Under the pieces are notes generated by a model. It had not been told where the DNA came from. It searched no databases and saw nothing but the letters and a program-made list of their open reading frames with translations. A stretch of DNA of 63,929 nucleotides, counting the filler, from Circinaria calcarea (lineage: Eukaryota), in NCBI GenBank assembly GCA_051942165.1. It is 27 parts of 27 records of this genome, joined end to end, with 100 filler letters (N's around TTAATTAATTAA, not from the genome) between each part and the next. Parts side by side here need not be neighbours in the genome. Positions count along the whole stretch, not along the records: positions 11,911 to 14,190 come from JAVECS010003706.1; positions 14,291 to 16,569 come from JAVECS010003707.1; positions 16,670 to 18,946 come from JAVECS010003708.1; positions 19,047 to 21,322 come from JAVECS010003709.1; positions 21,423 to 23,698 come from JAVECS010003710.1; positions 23,799 to 26,072 come from JAVECS010003711.1; 21 more parts are not named here. The stretch is one strand, 5' to 3'. This document shows, piece by piece, positions 12,825 through 24,455 of this stretch (position 1 is the stretch's first letter; the number at the start of each line of letters is the position of its first letter). The position numbers and the translations under genes were made by a program.

Positions 12825-13908
12825 TTTGACGGTTCTGATGCTTCTCTAAAAGTCGAGTGTTGAGCTGAAATGAAAAATGTTTGGCTTCAAGAAGGGTACG
12901 GAGTGAAGGGGAGAAGGAGCGATGGGGGGTGGGAAGGGAAGGTCCAGAACATCGCCGGGGAAGGAAATCCGATCATTCACTCCGTGAACCCCCGGCATCA
13001 TCATCAAACCGTGCCCAGTGGCAGTATAAAGAAGCCAAACATGTGCCATTTGACACTCGTCGTTGTACTGATCCATCTAGTCGGTGGTAGACTCGAATGG
13101 ACTTGATGTACACAGTCCTACCGAAACTGCAGTTTGCCACGCCATGTAGGACTACATAAGAAAATCTGGATGGTAACCTGCCTTCGTGTCTGGCCGATTT
13201 GCTACAAAATTGACTGCCACACGCCCAGATCCTCAAGAGCAAGCGCCGACCTTCCCCCATAGTCTTTTCTTGGTCAACGTTGGAGATGGGGCACCGATCG
13301 ACAAAAGCATAGGCTGAGTACCACCAATTTCCCTTTTTGTTTTTTTGGAGAGAGAATAGCAAGTCTTGCTCCATCTATCCATAGTACATGAGCTTCATGT
13401 ACAGGTAGATACTGCATCCTCCAAACTCTCGAGTCTTCATGGTTAAGCGAAAGACCCAAGCACTAGTCCGAAAACGGTCTAAGGTACAAGACAGGGATAG
13501 TCGAGATTCGACAAGTCACGTGAGCCAGAACCTCGACCTCAGATCTCGCCCGCTGTTGGGATTCCCCAATCGGATTCCCCCGAGTTCCCGGTGTGTCCGT
13601 GGATAGCATCCACTGTGGTACATTGGAGATCTTCTCTATAAACTTCACACATCATGCCATGATGGTCATGGGCGCTGGCGGGTGGTCGAGGTCGAGGTCG
13701 ACAAGGCTCCCGAACAGGCCCCAGCTCCAAAGCTGGCTGAGGCGCCTGAATTTAACCACTCTACCATAGACCTTACCCGACCGTTATGAGGATCTTGTCC
13801 CGGCCTTGTCAAGTATCATCTCCTCCACATGTACATGACGTTGTGGTACTTTGCTATCTTCGTCCCCCCATCTAGAGATTGGAACCAACATTTATAGCTT
13901 CGTTCGCC

Positions 13909-14190
13909 ATGGAGTCTGCCGGTGTACGACGGCGCGAGAAGCTGGCCCGGGAACAATCATCGCAGACCAGATCTAGCGAGGTAGAGTCGATCAATCTCGA
14001 AGCTCAGCCGCCTAAGTATACTGTCGACCTCTCTCTCCCGCCCTCACAACGCTATTCCCACCTTGCCAAGGACTTCCAATGGTGTACCGGCTCTCTGCCT
14101 AGCCTGTTCGACGAGGTGATGGAAACCATCCATCCAAGTATCCCCATCACGATAATTCGTGGGATTGCTCGACTCTTCCTGCGACGCTTA
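13909..14190 (+). CDS. Acid ceramidase / NAAA-like amidase, N-terminal fragment
   Basis: PPKYTVDLSLPPSQRY..LPSLFDEV..ARLFLRRL resembles the N-terminal domain of fungal NAAA/acid ceramidase-like proteins. Confidence 0.7.
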
Positions 14191-14290
14191 NNNNNNNNNN
14201 NNNNNNNNNNNNNNNNNNNNNNNNNNNNNNNNNNTTAATTAATTAANNNNNNNNNNNNNNNNNNNNNNNNNNNNNNNNNNNNNNNNNNNN

Positions 14291-15081
14291 CTTCGTAATA
14301 CGACGGATGAAAGCCGAGAATCCACAGGAGTCAGGTCTTCTAGTGAAAGACTGACATAAAACCCGGACTTGAGAAGGCTATTCAACCACCAGAAGGTACA
14401 GCGACTGAAGACGCCGCTGGTCATTTCAGGCAGCAGGTTTGTATAAGGTGCTGCAAGCAATGATCTTTTTCCTGCCATCTCTAGAACTAAGATCCAGAAT
14501 TTCACTACCAAACCTGCACTCATTACTGCTGCAAGGACAGTATTACCCTGCAGCCATAAAGTTCGCATTTGGACAGCATCAAACACTCCAGAAATGGAGA
14601 TGTAAACTTCAATGATCTTTGAAGGTGTGACTGTACGAGTGTGTTCCAGGTGAGATAAGACACATAAAATCAAAGCATCAACGAAGCACAACGAGGTGGA
14701 CGCAAGGGAAGCTCTTGTCTGCTGTTCCTTCGATAAAGCCCAAAGAACCACACTTGCAAGTTGCACGGCGGCATTGGTTACCATGGCACACTACCACAAT
14801 GTAACAAGGGGATTAGAATATTATATCTTACTAATAATCAAGGGTTGGTCTCAACTCACCTGTTTCATGATCTGCTGCCAATGTTTGCGAGTCTTTATAT
14901 CTCGCTGAAGTAGTTGCATTATTCGCAAGGGGAAAAGTAGCAAAAGTATAGTCGATGGTCCTATACTCATGATGCTTTGTTCAAATAATAGAGTAAAGTC
15001 GAAGTTGCTACGACAGTTCGTAACTATGGGACCAAACGAATCATCTATGCTCGGAGAGCATATGGTATATGGAGGCCCCAT
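14291..15081 (-). CDS. ABC transporter, ABCC/MRP-like, N-terminal part (3'-truncated)
   Basis: DDSFGP..CRSNFDFTLLFEQSI, LSHLEHTRTVTPS and PEMTSGVFSRCTFWWLNSLLKSGF..LSLEDL. Intron at 14791-14859. Confidence 0.88.
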
Positions 15082-15525
15082 CGCGTACGTACAAGACAGA
15101 CAAGAAAATCTTAGGAATTAATTTATCTAAAAAGTAGATTTGTAGTCAGAGCACTAAGTGATCCGAGGTATGATATAATATATTGAACGAAGGCAGGTGG
15201 GCATGCAGAATGTAAAGGTTGCTTGTATTTCTATATGTGCGTGCTCGCCTTTCATGCTATATAAAGCCGCTAAGCCTAATCGGGTTTAGAGGGTGACTTC
15301 CAATATAATAATGGTCTTGTTGTTATTCCGTCACACAGGCGTGGAGATCCAATTAAGTAGCCTTACTGTTGAATATAATGTGCGAATCGGTATTCATTAT
15401 AAAATACATGTTGGAAATACAGGGTTATTATGCCTGCCTTGTAGAGTTTTCCCCAACCTCCTAAACCATACCCAATACGGTATTGCCACCGAGCCCAAAC
15501 CATGGCGTGAAAACTCTTTCCGAGT

Positions 15526-16206
15526 TCACAAATTACCCGCGCCAATTTCACCACAAGATGGGAATTTCGTCTCGATTTTCGTATTGATCTTATTTGGCTC
15601 GAGTCCCTTTCGATCCAATTGGCCAAGACAATGGCGGGTATGATTCCAGTTTCCAACATAGCCATCTACCGGTGCTCCAGTCATCATTGCTCGATGCAGC
15701 TTCCGCCACATATACGCACAGTGCTGCTTATGATACTCCCACGTCACGTATAACTCGGGGTATCCACCACGTCGCACGAGTTCCGAATCGGCTGGCTGTG
15801 TTGCTTTGAAATCGTGGTACCAGGTCCAATTTTGAAGTGAGAGAAACTCTTCAGCCAGTGCTCCGTCATAACATGCGGGAGGTGTCCAGGTGAAGCTTAT
15901 AAGGTCGAATACACAGTGGTCGGCAAGGGCATCTGCTTGTGATTTGCCACAGGGAGTAGGCGACGCGTATGTATAAAGCCTCAGCTGGGATGTTGCTGCT
16001 TGGTGTCCGTTGCAGGTAAGGATGAAATGTGCAAGTGTAATCAACGCAACAGTTATAGAGGAAACAGAGCAAGCTTGGAGTATTATGGCTCGATATGTTA
16101 TATTTGGTGGAATATTCTATTGCTTTTCCGCGCAGACAGGATCTAGATCTCTGTATTCTCCCGTTCCAAAATCCAACCCGTTCTCTGAGCTTGTGATTAT
16201 GTCCAT
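15526..16206 (-). pseudogene. UstYa/DUF3328-like membrane-anchored oxidase with one in-frame TAG at codon 30
   Basis: Two HxxHC motifs (HKQHC, HTRHC), CGKSQADA..CVFD..W.P.ACYD and an N-terminal hydrophobic anchor. ATG at 16206 is in frame, but a TAG lies at 16117-16119. Confidence 0.7.
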
Positions 16207-16706
16207 TATAATCGAGAGTTGAGCAACAACGAGAATTGACGAATTCTCGCGCTTTTTAAACTGAAGCAATAATTTAATTATCTGCTGCTGAAAGCTAATT
16301 ATTCTAGGACCAAGTTTTCCGTTTAGCGGCCTCCGAACTCCTGATAAGTTATTTCACCACGATATGTCGGAAAAAGGAAGATCGAGATTGAGAATAAATG
16401 TACGGCATAATAACTTCTATTTCCCGGAAACAAAATAACCACAATCATGAAATAACTCTTATTATTTTAATATCCTGCACTTCAAAATAAAATTATATAT
16501 CCTTGCGCGTGATTGCCACGGACCCCACTTTTTGCGTTAATTATATATTATATTACAATACATAATAAGNNNNNNNNNNNNNNNNNNNNNNNNNNNNNNN
16601 NNNNNNNNNNNNNTTAATTAATTAANNNNNNNNNNNNNNNNNNNNNNNNNNNNNNNNNNNNNNNNNNNNTGTCCCAATACCCATCACGATCCTCTTCACT
16701 TTGGAA

Positions 16707-17345
16707 TCACAAATCTCCCGGCGGACGCGTGATCTTCGTCAAATGATCCCCGTTGAGTGTCTTCAGTATCTTCCCCAAGCCTTCGTGACTATAGTCCTTC
16801 TCGTTCCACAAGTCCTTGTGATACTTGACTTTTCCATTCTCATCCAGCGACAAGATGATCAGACTGTTGACAGGTTTGCTGGTGTGCAGAACGCGCGGCG
16901 TGTATTCCTGTTGTTGCTTGTAGATGATCTCGGTGGGCGTGGATTTGAGGATCTCGGTCTTGAGGGTTTTGGACGAAGCCATGATTTTGGGAAGGCCTGG
17001 AAGGGAATTGGTGAGATTGGGATCGTATTGACCCGTTAAATCCTACATACCATACCACTGTCCAGCAATCTTGTATCTCGTATCACAATAACTCCATGGA
17101 TCGTCGTAGACGGACTTCTCCGCATACACTTCCATGTCCTCTTTGCTCGCGCTCCCACTGTAAAGATTCGTAATCGCCTTGACTATCCTCTCGTTTTCTG
17201 GTGAAATGGGCACGGATTTCTCCGGATGTGGCTCATAGTCGACATCAGTCTTGGAGTTTTGGGAGGGATCCGACGTATTGTGAGTGAGGGCTTGAGGATC
17301 GGGACGGATCTCGTACTTTTCCTGAAGAATCTCGCCCGAAGTCAT
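16707..17345 (-). CDS. Conserved fungal SnoaL/NTF2-like protein (2 exons)
   Basis: VYAEKSVYDDPWSYCDTRYKIAGQWYG-LPKI..GKVKYHKDLWNE. The GT-AG intron at 16997-17050 joins the two ORFs in frame. Confidence 0.75.
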
Positions 17346-19047
17346 GGTGGAGGATGATAAGGAAAGTAATCTAACGCAGAAATTGCAAATCTCTTGTATC
17401 TATGGGGATCAGGCCTTTGGTAAACAAAGAAGTCCTGCGAATATAGAGTAGAAGCTCTTTTGAATCAAGGTACCATATATATCGATGAAGACGTCATAGA
17501 GTCATAAGATTCATCAAAGGCATGCCCCACCAAACATTCACACGGACTTCATTGAACATTCGAGGCCATGCGCACAGTTTAATTGCAGTTGAAAGGCATT
17601 GGTGTAGATATGATGGGTGCTCCGTCCTCACATCCCGTCAATCGAGTTTTTTAAACATACCTCCTTACGTTAACATCTTGCGTTTTTCGACGAGCTGTAT
17701 CTCCGGTTGTGAGGGGTCCTCCAGTACCATGTCGTTATTTTTCAGCCACGGCTTTTGCTCACCGGCCTCGATTATATGAAGATATGAAGACGTTTAAGAG
17801 CGGCTTGGGAAACCCGAATTTGATTATCTCAAGACGGCACCGATATCAATAGTGCGCCAAAGGGTAGCGATCAAGAACCAGCGGTAAACAGCTTCGGCGT
17901 TTCATTCCTCAAGATATCATACCTCTTCTCCTCCGAGTCTTCCATCCTGCTCAACCAGGATGCAGTGATTCTGTTCGGTCAAGTTCCACCCTTTTTGCTT
18001 GTCCATCGAGGGCGCAGGCGACGATAGTATAACTGCCATGCCCATGCGCGTTCTTCTGTGCAAAGGGACTCTCCTTCCCATCCGGGGTGATCTGGATACT
18101 ATCGATTCAATATGATTCCTGCCCTGGTGGAGTAGTATAGTGAGGCGGTAGTTTTACTGCCTAGTTCCCAAATCGGAATGCATCAAGATGTGATCCGTCG
18201 GTGACTGCCACATCGATACTGTTTGCTGTTTGCTTTGACCTTACCATATAACCCAGTTTTACTCGATGCACCTTCTGCTTCGTTTCCAAGGCTTCCAACA
18301 TCTTCGGCCCAGAATAATGCTGTTCCCATGATGCCTTTCCCTTTGCCATCGGTCAGACAGATATGTAGAGCGCTGCAAAGTGTTCCGTGTCGGTCGAGGC
18401 ACAGAGATTCGCATACAAGTCATCGTCCATCAGTTCACACAATTTCGCGACATCGCAATAAAGTCTGTAATTACTCCATTGTACATGAAGGTATGCCGGC
18501 AGGCAGGGCAGGCAAGGGGTTTTCAGCACAGAAGTGGGCGAAAGCCCAAAGCCCCTTTCCACAGACAGAGCAGAGCAGAAGTTTACACAGCAAGAATAGT
18601 GTACCATACCGTACCCGCATGGCTAGCATTAGCAGCAACCCAAACATCCTTCCCGAAAACGAAAGCTCGAAGAGATTAGGGATTCGCCGCACCGCTACCA
18701 TACTTGTACTAAATTCTCTCAATATAAAAGCCTCCGCTTACCTTAGCACCACCACCAGTTTACTAAGGATCAGGAGAATGCTTTGAAGCAAAATTCCCAA
18801 AAACAGACCCAAAACTCCATGCTTCCCTTGCAGGTTGGAACCAATTATCATGCCTAAACAGCAGGCTCTAGCATCCCATCCATTTTCTCCATTATCACTT
18901 CCACTCCATCCACCCCTTCAACCACCACCCACCCTCATTCCCTCCCNNNNNNNNNNNNNNNNNNNNNNNNNNNNNNNNNNNNNNNNNNNNTTAATTAATT
19001 AANNNNNNNNNNNNNNNNNNNNNNNNNNNNNNNNNNNNNNNNNNNNA

Positions 19048-19869
19048 TTTAGGGCTATCCCTACGAAAGCGTCTGCAGCGGAACCACTGGCAGTGACAGC
19101 GGCGACTAGTCCACCGCCTGCTCCAGCTCCAGTACCGACACCATCATCTGCATATAGCAGCGAGACGAAAAATCCTTTTTTCAAAAAGTTGAGTCAATCG
19201 CATGAATCAAACTCGACTTCATTTTCTCAGCCTCAATCATCCATTGGTACCCCCAGCACTAACGAGGTATCAACCAATCCTTTCCACCGTCTTACCCAAC
19301 AAGATAACGCGGCCAAATCTTTGCCACCCCTTTCATCCACCCCAACTGGGACTCGACCATCCCGTGTTCGACCTGAAGAGGATGAATGGTCCGTCGTCGA
19401 CTCCACCGAAGACTCTTCCGACTCTGATGATGAGGACGGACGACCTACCGGGGGTAGTGCAAAACAACTCGCATCTATGCTCTTTGGTACGATGGCTCCT
19501 CCTCGTCCCCTATCCGCCATGGACGATAAGAAATCGCCCACTACCCCTATTGCGAACGCGGACCGCCCAATGTCACCGTCAATGTCCTCCCCAACCACAC
19601 CATCCAATTTCTCCAGCAGCGCTCCCCCTGCTCCGCCGCCACCTCCTCCACCAATTCCCGCTCAGTTTGGGGCTGGCACTTCCCTCAGTGCGCCACCGCC
19701 CCCTCCACCTATTCCGGGTGCATTCCCAGGCACCGCGAGTGCTCCCCCGCCAGCTGCACCGCCGGCTATGGGGGCGTTACTGGGGGATATTGTCAAGGGG
19801 AAGGGTTTGCGGAAAGTGGAGACGAAAGATAAGAGTCAGGCTGCTGTGGCAGGAAGGGTGCTGGGATGA
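19048..19869 (+). CDS. PAN1: Actin cytoskeleton-regulatory complex protein Pan1, C-terminus
   Basis: NPF motifs, an acidic EDEWS segment, GGSAKQLASMLFGTMAPPRPLSAMD, polyproline and a terminal WH2-like ALLGDIVKGKGLRKVETKDKS. Confidence 0.85.
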   Translation, partial: FRAIPTKASAAEPLAVTAATSPPPAPAPVPTPSSAYSSETKNPFFKKLSQSHESNSTSFSQPQSSIGTPSTNEVSTNPFHRLTQQDNAAKSLPPLSSTPTGTRPSRVRPEEDEWSVVDSTEDSSDSDDEDGRPTGGSAKQLASMLFGTMAPPRPLSAMDDKKSPTTPIANADRPMSPSMSSPTTPSNFSSSAPPAPPPPPPPIPAQFGAGTSLSAPPPPPPIPGAFPGTASAPPPAAPPAMGALLGDIVKGKGLRKVETKDKSQAAVAGRVLG

Positions 19870-20854
19870 ATATTAAGGCGGGAAGGTGGGTGGGCGATGT
19901 AGGACTGTTTTGCTGGTTTGCTCTCTATATGATGTGATGCATACGAGTGACCGCATGGGTTGCGGAAATGAGGGCATGCGTTGCTTGTAGGTGTGGTTAT
20001 GGGCGGGAAAGGGGAGAAGGGATGGGAATGTTATATAATATGGTGGGGTGAATGTAGCTAGTAGCTAGAACAAGAGCCTGACCAGCGATTAAAGTAGGTA
20101 GGTAGGAATTCCAGCAGGTCATGCAACTTGAGTCCTCACATCGGAGTCTACCGTGTGATTTACTAAAATCTAGTCGAGAGAGAAAAAGTTCCCGAGGAAA
20201 ACCGAACTTTGCGGAATGATGGATGATGGATATCATCATCTGTGTCTGTTTTCTTTTTCTTTTTGGTCATTTGTTTCTTTTTTTTCTTTTTGAGTTGCGT
20301 CTTGTGGAGTGCCTTAGGGGGGGGGGTGGTAAGGATTAATTTAAACCGGGTAAATACCTTGGTGCAAATACATCCCGGCAAGCTGTTGAGTTGGGTACCA
20401 TATATGATTCCTTCCCTTTAGCTATTAGAATCTATGACTAAATATTCATATAGCAGAGTTGGAAGAAAGGTACTTCCACAACGGAGCTATATTATATTAG
20501 TGAACGTTTCTGACCAATACCAGGGCGCATGTTAGGCCTGCCACCTGGGCCTTACTATATCAGGCGTAAGGTCTCGGCGCCGGGCTCCCGTACAATATAT
20601 ACCTCGTACTAAATTCTGCTAAAACCCCCAAATGAAGACTTCTAGCGTATCAGCAAGAGAAATGCAACAGCGCATAAAACCTCAGTAGAGTTAACCGAGC
20701 TTTTCCTTTCCCCGACTTATCGTGAACGTCCGGAAAAATATCATTGGGAAGAGTTATTTTCATTCGTTTACGGCGGAACCATTGAGGAATTTGTCGGTGT
20801 AGATGAGGAGTGTTAAATCGCCACGCCATACTTTGATTAACCAAGGGCCGGGGC

Positions 20855-21115
20855 GGAGGAATTAGGAGCCGGGTGCTCCTAGTGTTCCTGAGGAACGACG
20901 GAGCAGGGCACGTGATATACTCCGGGTGCTCCCTGTGCTACCACTACGGATTAATAAGAAATACGGGGGCAATATTATTATATAGGCAGGCTATTCCCGC
21001 TCTTTAGAATAATATATATAAAATAATAAATAATTAATATTATATTCCTAATAATCGTATACAACCGGAATAATTTTATTTCTTCTTTATATAAATTTAA
21101 TTTATATTAATACCT
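20855..21115. repeat. Dispersed repeat copy (GGAGCA/TGCTCC hairpins plus an AT-rich RIP-like segment)
   Basis: 20975-21115 aligns by eye with 55165-55312, differing mostly by C>T and G>A changes. The CCGGGTGCTCC motif is shared with 21861-21871. Confidence 0.7.
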
Positions 21116-21220
21116 TTACTTCTTATAATTAAAAAAATTTAAAAATTCTTCAATTTTTATAGGGGGCATTTATTATTATTTGCAAGAAGATAAGGAGGGG
21201 TCCGCCCAATAAAATTCGCA

Positions 21221-21290
21221 AATTCTCATTCCTCATTCCTCATTCCTTATTCCTTATTCCTTATTCCTTATTCTTGATTCCTAATTCCTA
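21221..21290. repeat. Hexamer microsatellite (ATTCCT[C/T]-like)
   Basis: attcctcattcctcattccttattccttattcc... Confidence 0.85.
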
Positions 21291-21817
21291 AACGTGCATC
21301 TACCAAATTACACGTACAAAACNNNNNNNNNNNNNNNNNNNNNNNNNNNNNNNNNNNNNNNNNNNNTTAATTAATTAANNNNNNNNNNNNNNNNNNNNNN
21401 NNNNNNNNNNNNNNNNNNNNNNTCCTTTTCTTTTTCCTTTTCCTTTTCCTTCTCCGCCGCATCCGGCGTGCTGGTTCGGGTGTGATCTGGCGACGGATCT
21501 CGCGGTGTCATACTTATCGCGCAGGAAACGAAGATAAAGATTAGTGTATGAGATTTGGAAGATGAAAGATTGCGAAGGAAGTTTAGATTGATAAATTTGA
21601 TTTGGTGGATGCGAAGGGAGTGAATCCTGGGTAAGGTTTAAATGCGTGGGAGCTATAAATAATATAATTGGGGTGCGTGCGCTGATGAATTATTTCTTAT
21701 GCGATCATAGTATGAAAAATGCTTTAAATTTAACAGTTGAAACGGCTATTTATTATGGCGCTAGGCTATACTTATATAAGGAGCCGCGTTAGGCTCGGGA
21801 CCTCGGCCACCGGTTAT

Positions 21818-21920
21818 GGAGCATGAGGAGCATAGGGAGCATGGAGATGCTCACGGTGTTCCGGGTGCTCCAGGTATTATATAGATAGGCTGATTCCCTT
21901 ATGGAATTAGCATGCTTATC
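21818..21920. repeat. Palindromic (GGAGCA)3/(TGCTCC)3 element followed by a diverged copy of the TATAG..AGGCT(G)ATTCCC repeat
   Basis: ggagcatga ggagcatag ggagcat ggag atgctcac ggtgttcc gggtgctcc, followed by tattatatagataggctgattccc..tagcatgctta, which resembles 55165-55210. Confidence 0.65.
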
Positions 21921-21994
21921 TCAATAGCGAAGTGCAATACGACCTATTAGCCTTCCGCATTGGTATTACTTCTAGAATGATAAATTTGCAAGAT

Positions 21995-22086
21995 GGGGTA
22001 TAAATTTGTAAATTTTAACTTCTCGGGGTATAAATTTGTAAATTTCCGATATTTTTTTTAATCGGGGTATAAATTTGTATATTTCC
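21995..22086. mobile_element. Triplicated GGGGTATAAATTTGTAAATTT motif, possibly a DNA-transposon (MULE-like) end
   Basis: Copies at 21995, 22025 and 22064. The repeat is seen directly; the element class is inferred and no partner end lies in this contig. Confidence 0.4.
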
Positions 22087-22150
22087 GTAGGAAAATTTGT
22101 ATTTGTAATAGGCGACAGCTTCTATTTGCTTCTAGAACATGTTTACTAGT

Positions 22151-23626
22151 TTAAGCTAATTCGCACTCTATCAAGCTCTCAGACCCCACCTCCTTTGTCC
22201 ACATACCTGTGATCTTCAGGCCCGCTGCTTCGACCATGGTGCGCCAATCCTTCTCTGTGCGTTCTTTGACGGCGCCGAGTGCCAGCATCAGCCAGTCCAT
22301 GCTGGTGATGGACCAGCTTGCATCTTTGTTAGGGACAACAAGCTCATTGATTAGTAGCTTGGAGTAGTCCTTTTCCATTGCAGTGACAATGTTCTTGAGG
22401 ATGTTGATTGAAGAAGCGTCGTCCCAATCGTGGAGTACCGAGTGTAGGTGGTAAGCACGGGCGCCTGTATTCAAGGTGAGCCCAATCTCCTGTAATGCGC
22501 ACTACGGAACGGGTTGTGCCTAGGGAGATGGATACCTTTTACTGGTTGTGGTGTAAAGAAGTCATGCGCCGTTTTCTCAAACCCCGTTTCCGAAGCTGGG
22601 ATCTGGTCGATGACCTCTTGCTTATCCTGCAACACTAATCTACCTGGTACATGAGGGTACTTCTGTTTCAGCAGCTCCAAGTCATGACCAAGACCTCCGC
22701 CTACATCCACCACCCAGACTTCACCCTTACCCTGCTTCATACAATTGCATAACCTTTCTTCTACGGGGTAGAAGCCTGGGTCTACCCATGATGGCTTTCC
22801 GGCTCGGTATCCACTCATGTAGTTGTTGAAGCAGGACGCTAGCTCCGGCCTTTCGTAAAGCCAGACGAAGAATGGCGCTGGTGTCTTGTGGGCGTATTGA
22901 AAGGGGCCATCAGCGATGTTAGTTGGGTGTACATACGAGATGGATTGAAGGTAGGCAGGAAGCTGTTGGAAAGAAGGGCCGGCAACGTCGTGGCTGATGC
23001 TTGTTAGTAGGTGCTACATGTGAGATATTACCTTAAGTGTGTGAAAGGTCCGGGAAAGAGTGCGGACGTACGTGTATACTATGCCATCACGATACTTTGA
23101 ATCGGTAAGGGCTATAGAGAATGGCGTAGCTACATAGTGGTCTTCATTCTTCTCGCCAATTACATTCATCGCTCTGAGATGCTTCATGACACGTGCTGCA
23201 CATACCCAAATATCAGCGGGAAGCTTGCAAAGCGAAACGGAGAGAGGCTTACAGATGAGTGTTGGATCCGCCTTGGATGCTTTCGCCAGCTCCATAGTGG
23301 TCATGCCTGTACCTTTCTTATCCTTAAGCTCCTCAAAGAGCTTTAGATCAATGGCAATCTTTGTCGAAGCGAAACGAGCAGGCTATGGAGTCACTGAGAC
23401 AGCAAACCCTCATCGTATCGCTATTAACGATGCTAAGATGGAGTTGTACCTCAGCCCAACCAATCCTCTGGATAGCTTCACTGGGAAGTTCCACAGAGGA
23501 GGCCAACGAGTATGCCAGTGAGAGCAATTCTTCGCGTGACCCTGACCCATTTTGTGAATACAATTTGCCCACTCGGGCTATATCTTCTAACAAGCTCAAA
23601 GCCTGAGGGTTTGGTGATGCATCCAT
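22151..23626 (-). CDS. Fungal secondary-metabolism O-methyltransferase (Methyltransf_2 type), complete, multi-exon
   Basis: VVDVGGGLGHDL (SAM binding), [34 protein letters not shown] and KLLINE..AVKERTEKDW..GLKI. Confidence 0.92.
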
Positions 23627-23798
23627 TATCAATATGAGTATGAAGGCAACTTGAGAGTACAGCTTGGACGAGCGAGCTGTAAGGAATTGTGCACTGTTNN
23701 NNNNNNNNNNNNNNNNNNNNNNNNNNNNNNNNNNNNNNNNNNTTAATTAATTAANNNNNNNNNNNNNNNNNNNNNNNNNNNNNNNNNNNNNNNNNNNN

Positions 23799-24455
23799 GC
23801 ATATTGGATAGCAAGTGTGCCGGTCGCGGTGCTTCCGCCGTATATCAGTATTGGGAACCCTGTCTTCGCCGGTTCTGTAGGCAGCGGTAATTTCATAGTA
23901 AGGTAGAGGCTTTGTCCAACAGTGGTCACGCCAACTCCCAACGAAGCAGTATCTTCGAAGCTCATTCCATCTGGAATCTTGGCCAAATGACCATCCTTGA
24001 CCATGGCAAACTCTGCAAAAGCGCCATCTTCAGGGCAATCCTTAGGTATAGTCAGCGAAGACCGGAGGATCTTTTTGGAGGTGAACCCACATGGTTGGCG
24101 CAGTGGCAAACTCCGTAAACCCTATCGCCTTTTGTAACGTCCGTCTTGCAAGCTTCCCCTACCTCTTCGACGGTGCCAGAGACATCACAGCCTACCCGAG
24201 ACAAGTTTCAGTGAGAAACCACGGATACTTGAGGAACTTCTTACCTAGTATGCCACCAATGCGGCCAGCGAACGCGGTATGATGAAAGTCGGCTGCTGTC
24301 CATCAGCGACCACTCATGAGCAGGATCAGAGGTGATGTACTTGGATTCACCGCAACAGCCACGGTCCTGACCTTGATATAATCCGGTCTCATCGATTGAC
24401 TCTCTATATCGGCAAGTTCCGCCTTTCCGGCCTCCTTGATAATGACCGCCTTCAT
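23799..24455 (-). CDS. Trans-acting enoyl reductase (LovC/ToxD-like MDR family), 5' part
   Basis: MKAVIIKEAG..VRTVAVAVNP-TDF..G-CDVSGTVEEVG..KGDRVYG..GAFAEF..LIYGGSTATGTLAIQY across three introns. Confidence 0.88.

Noticed and set aside
17520..18790. Overlapping ORFs on both strands in the right half of contig 8
   Set aside because: No family motifs and frequent stops; a decayed gene is possible but cannot be supported.
22151..24455. O-methyltransferase plus enoyl reductase as a co-oriented polyketide cluster
   Set aside because: A linker (23699-23798) separates them, and adjacency results from sorting contigs by length.
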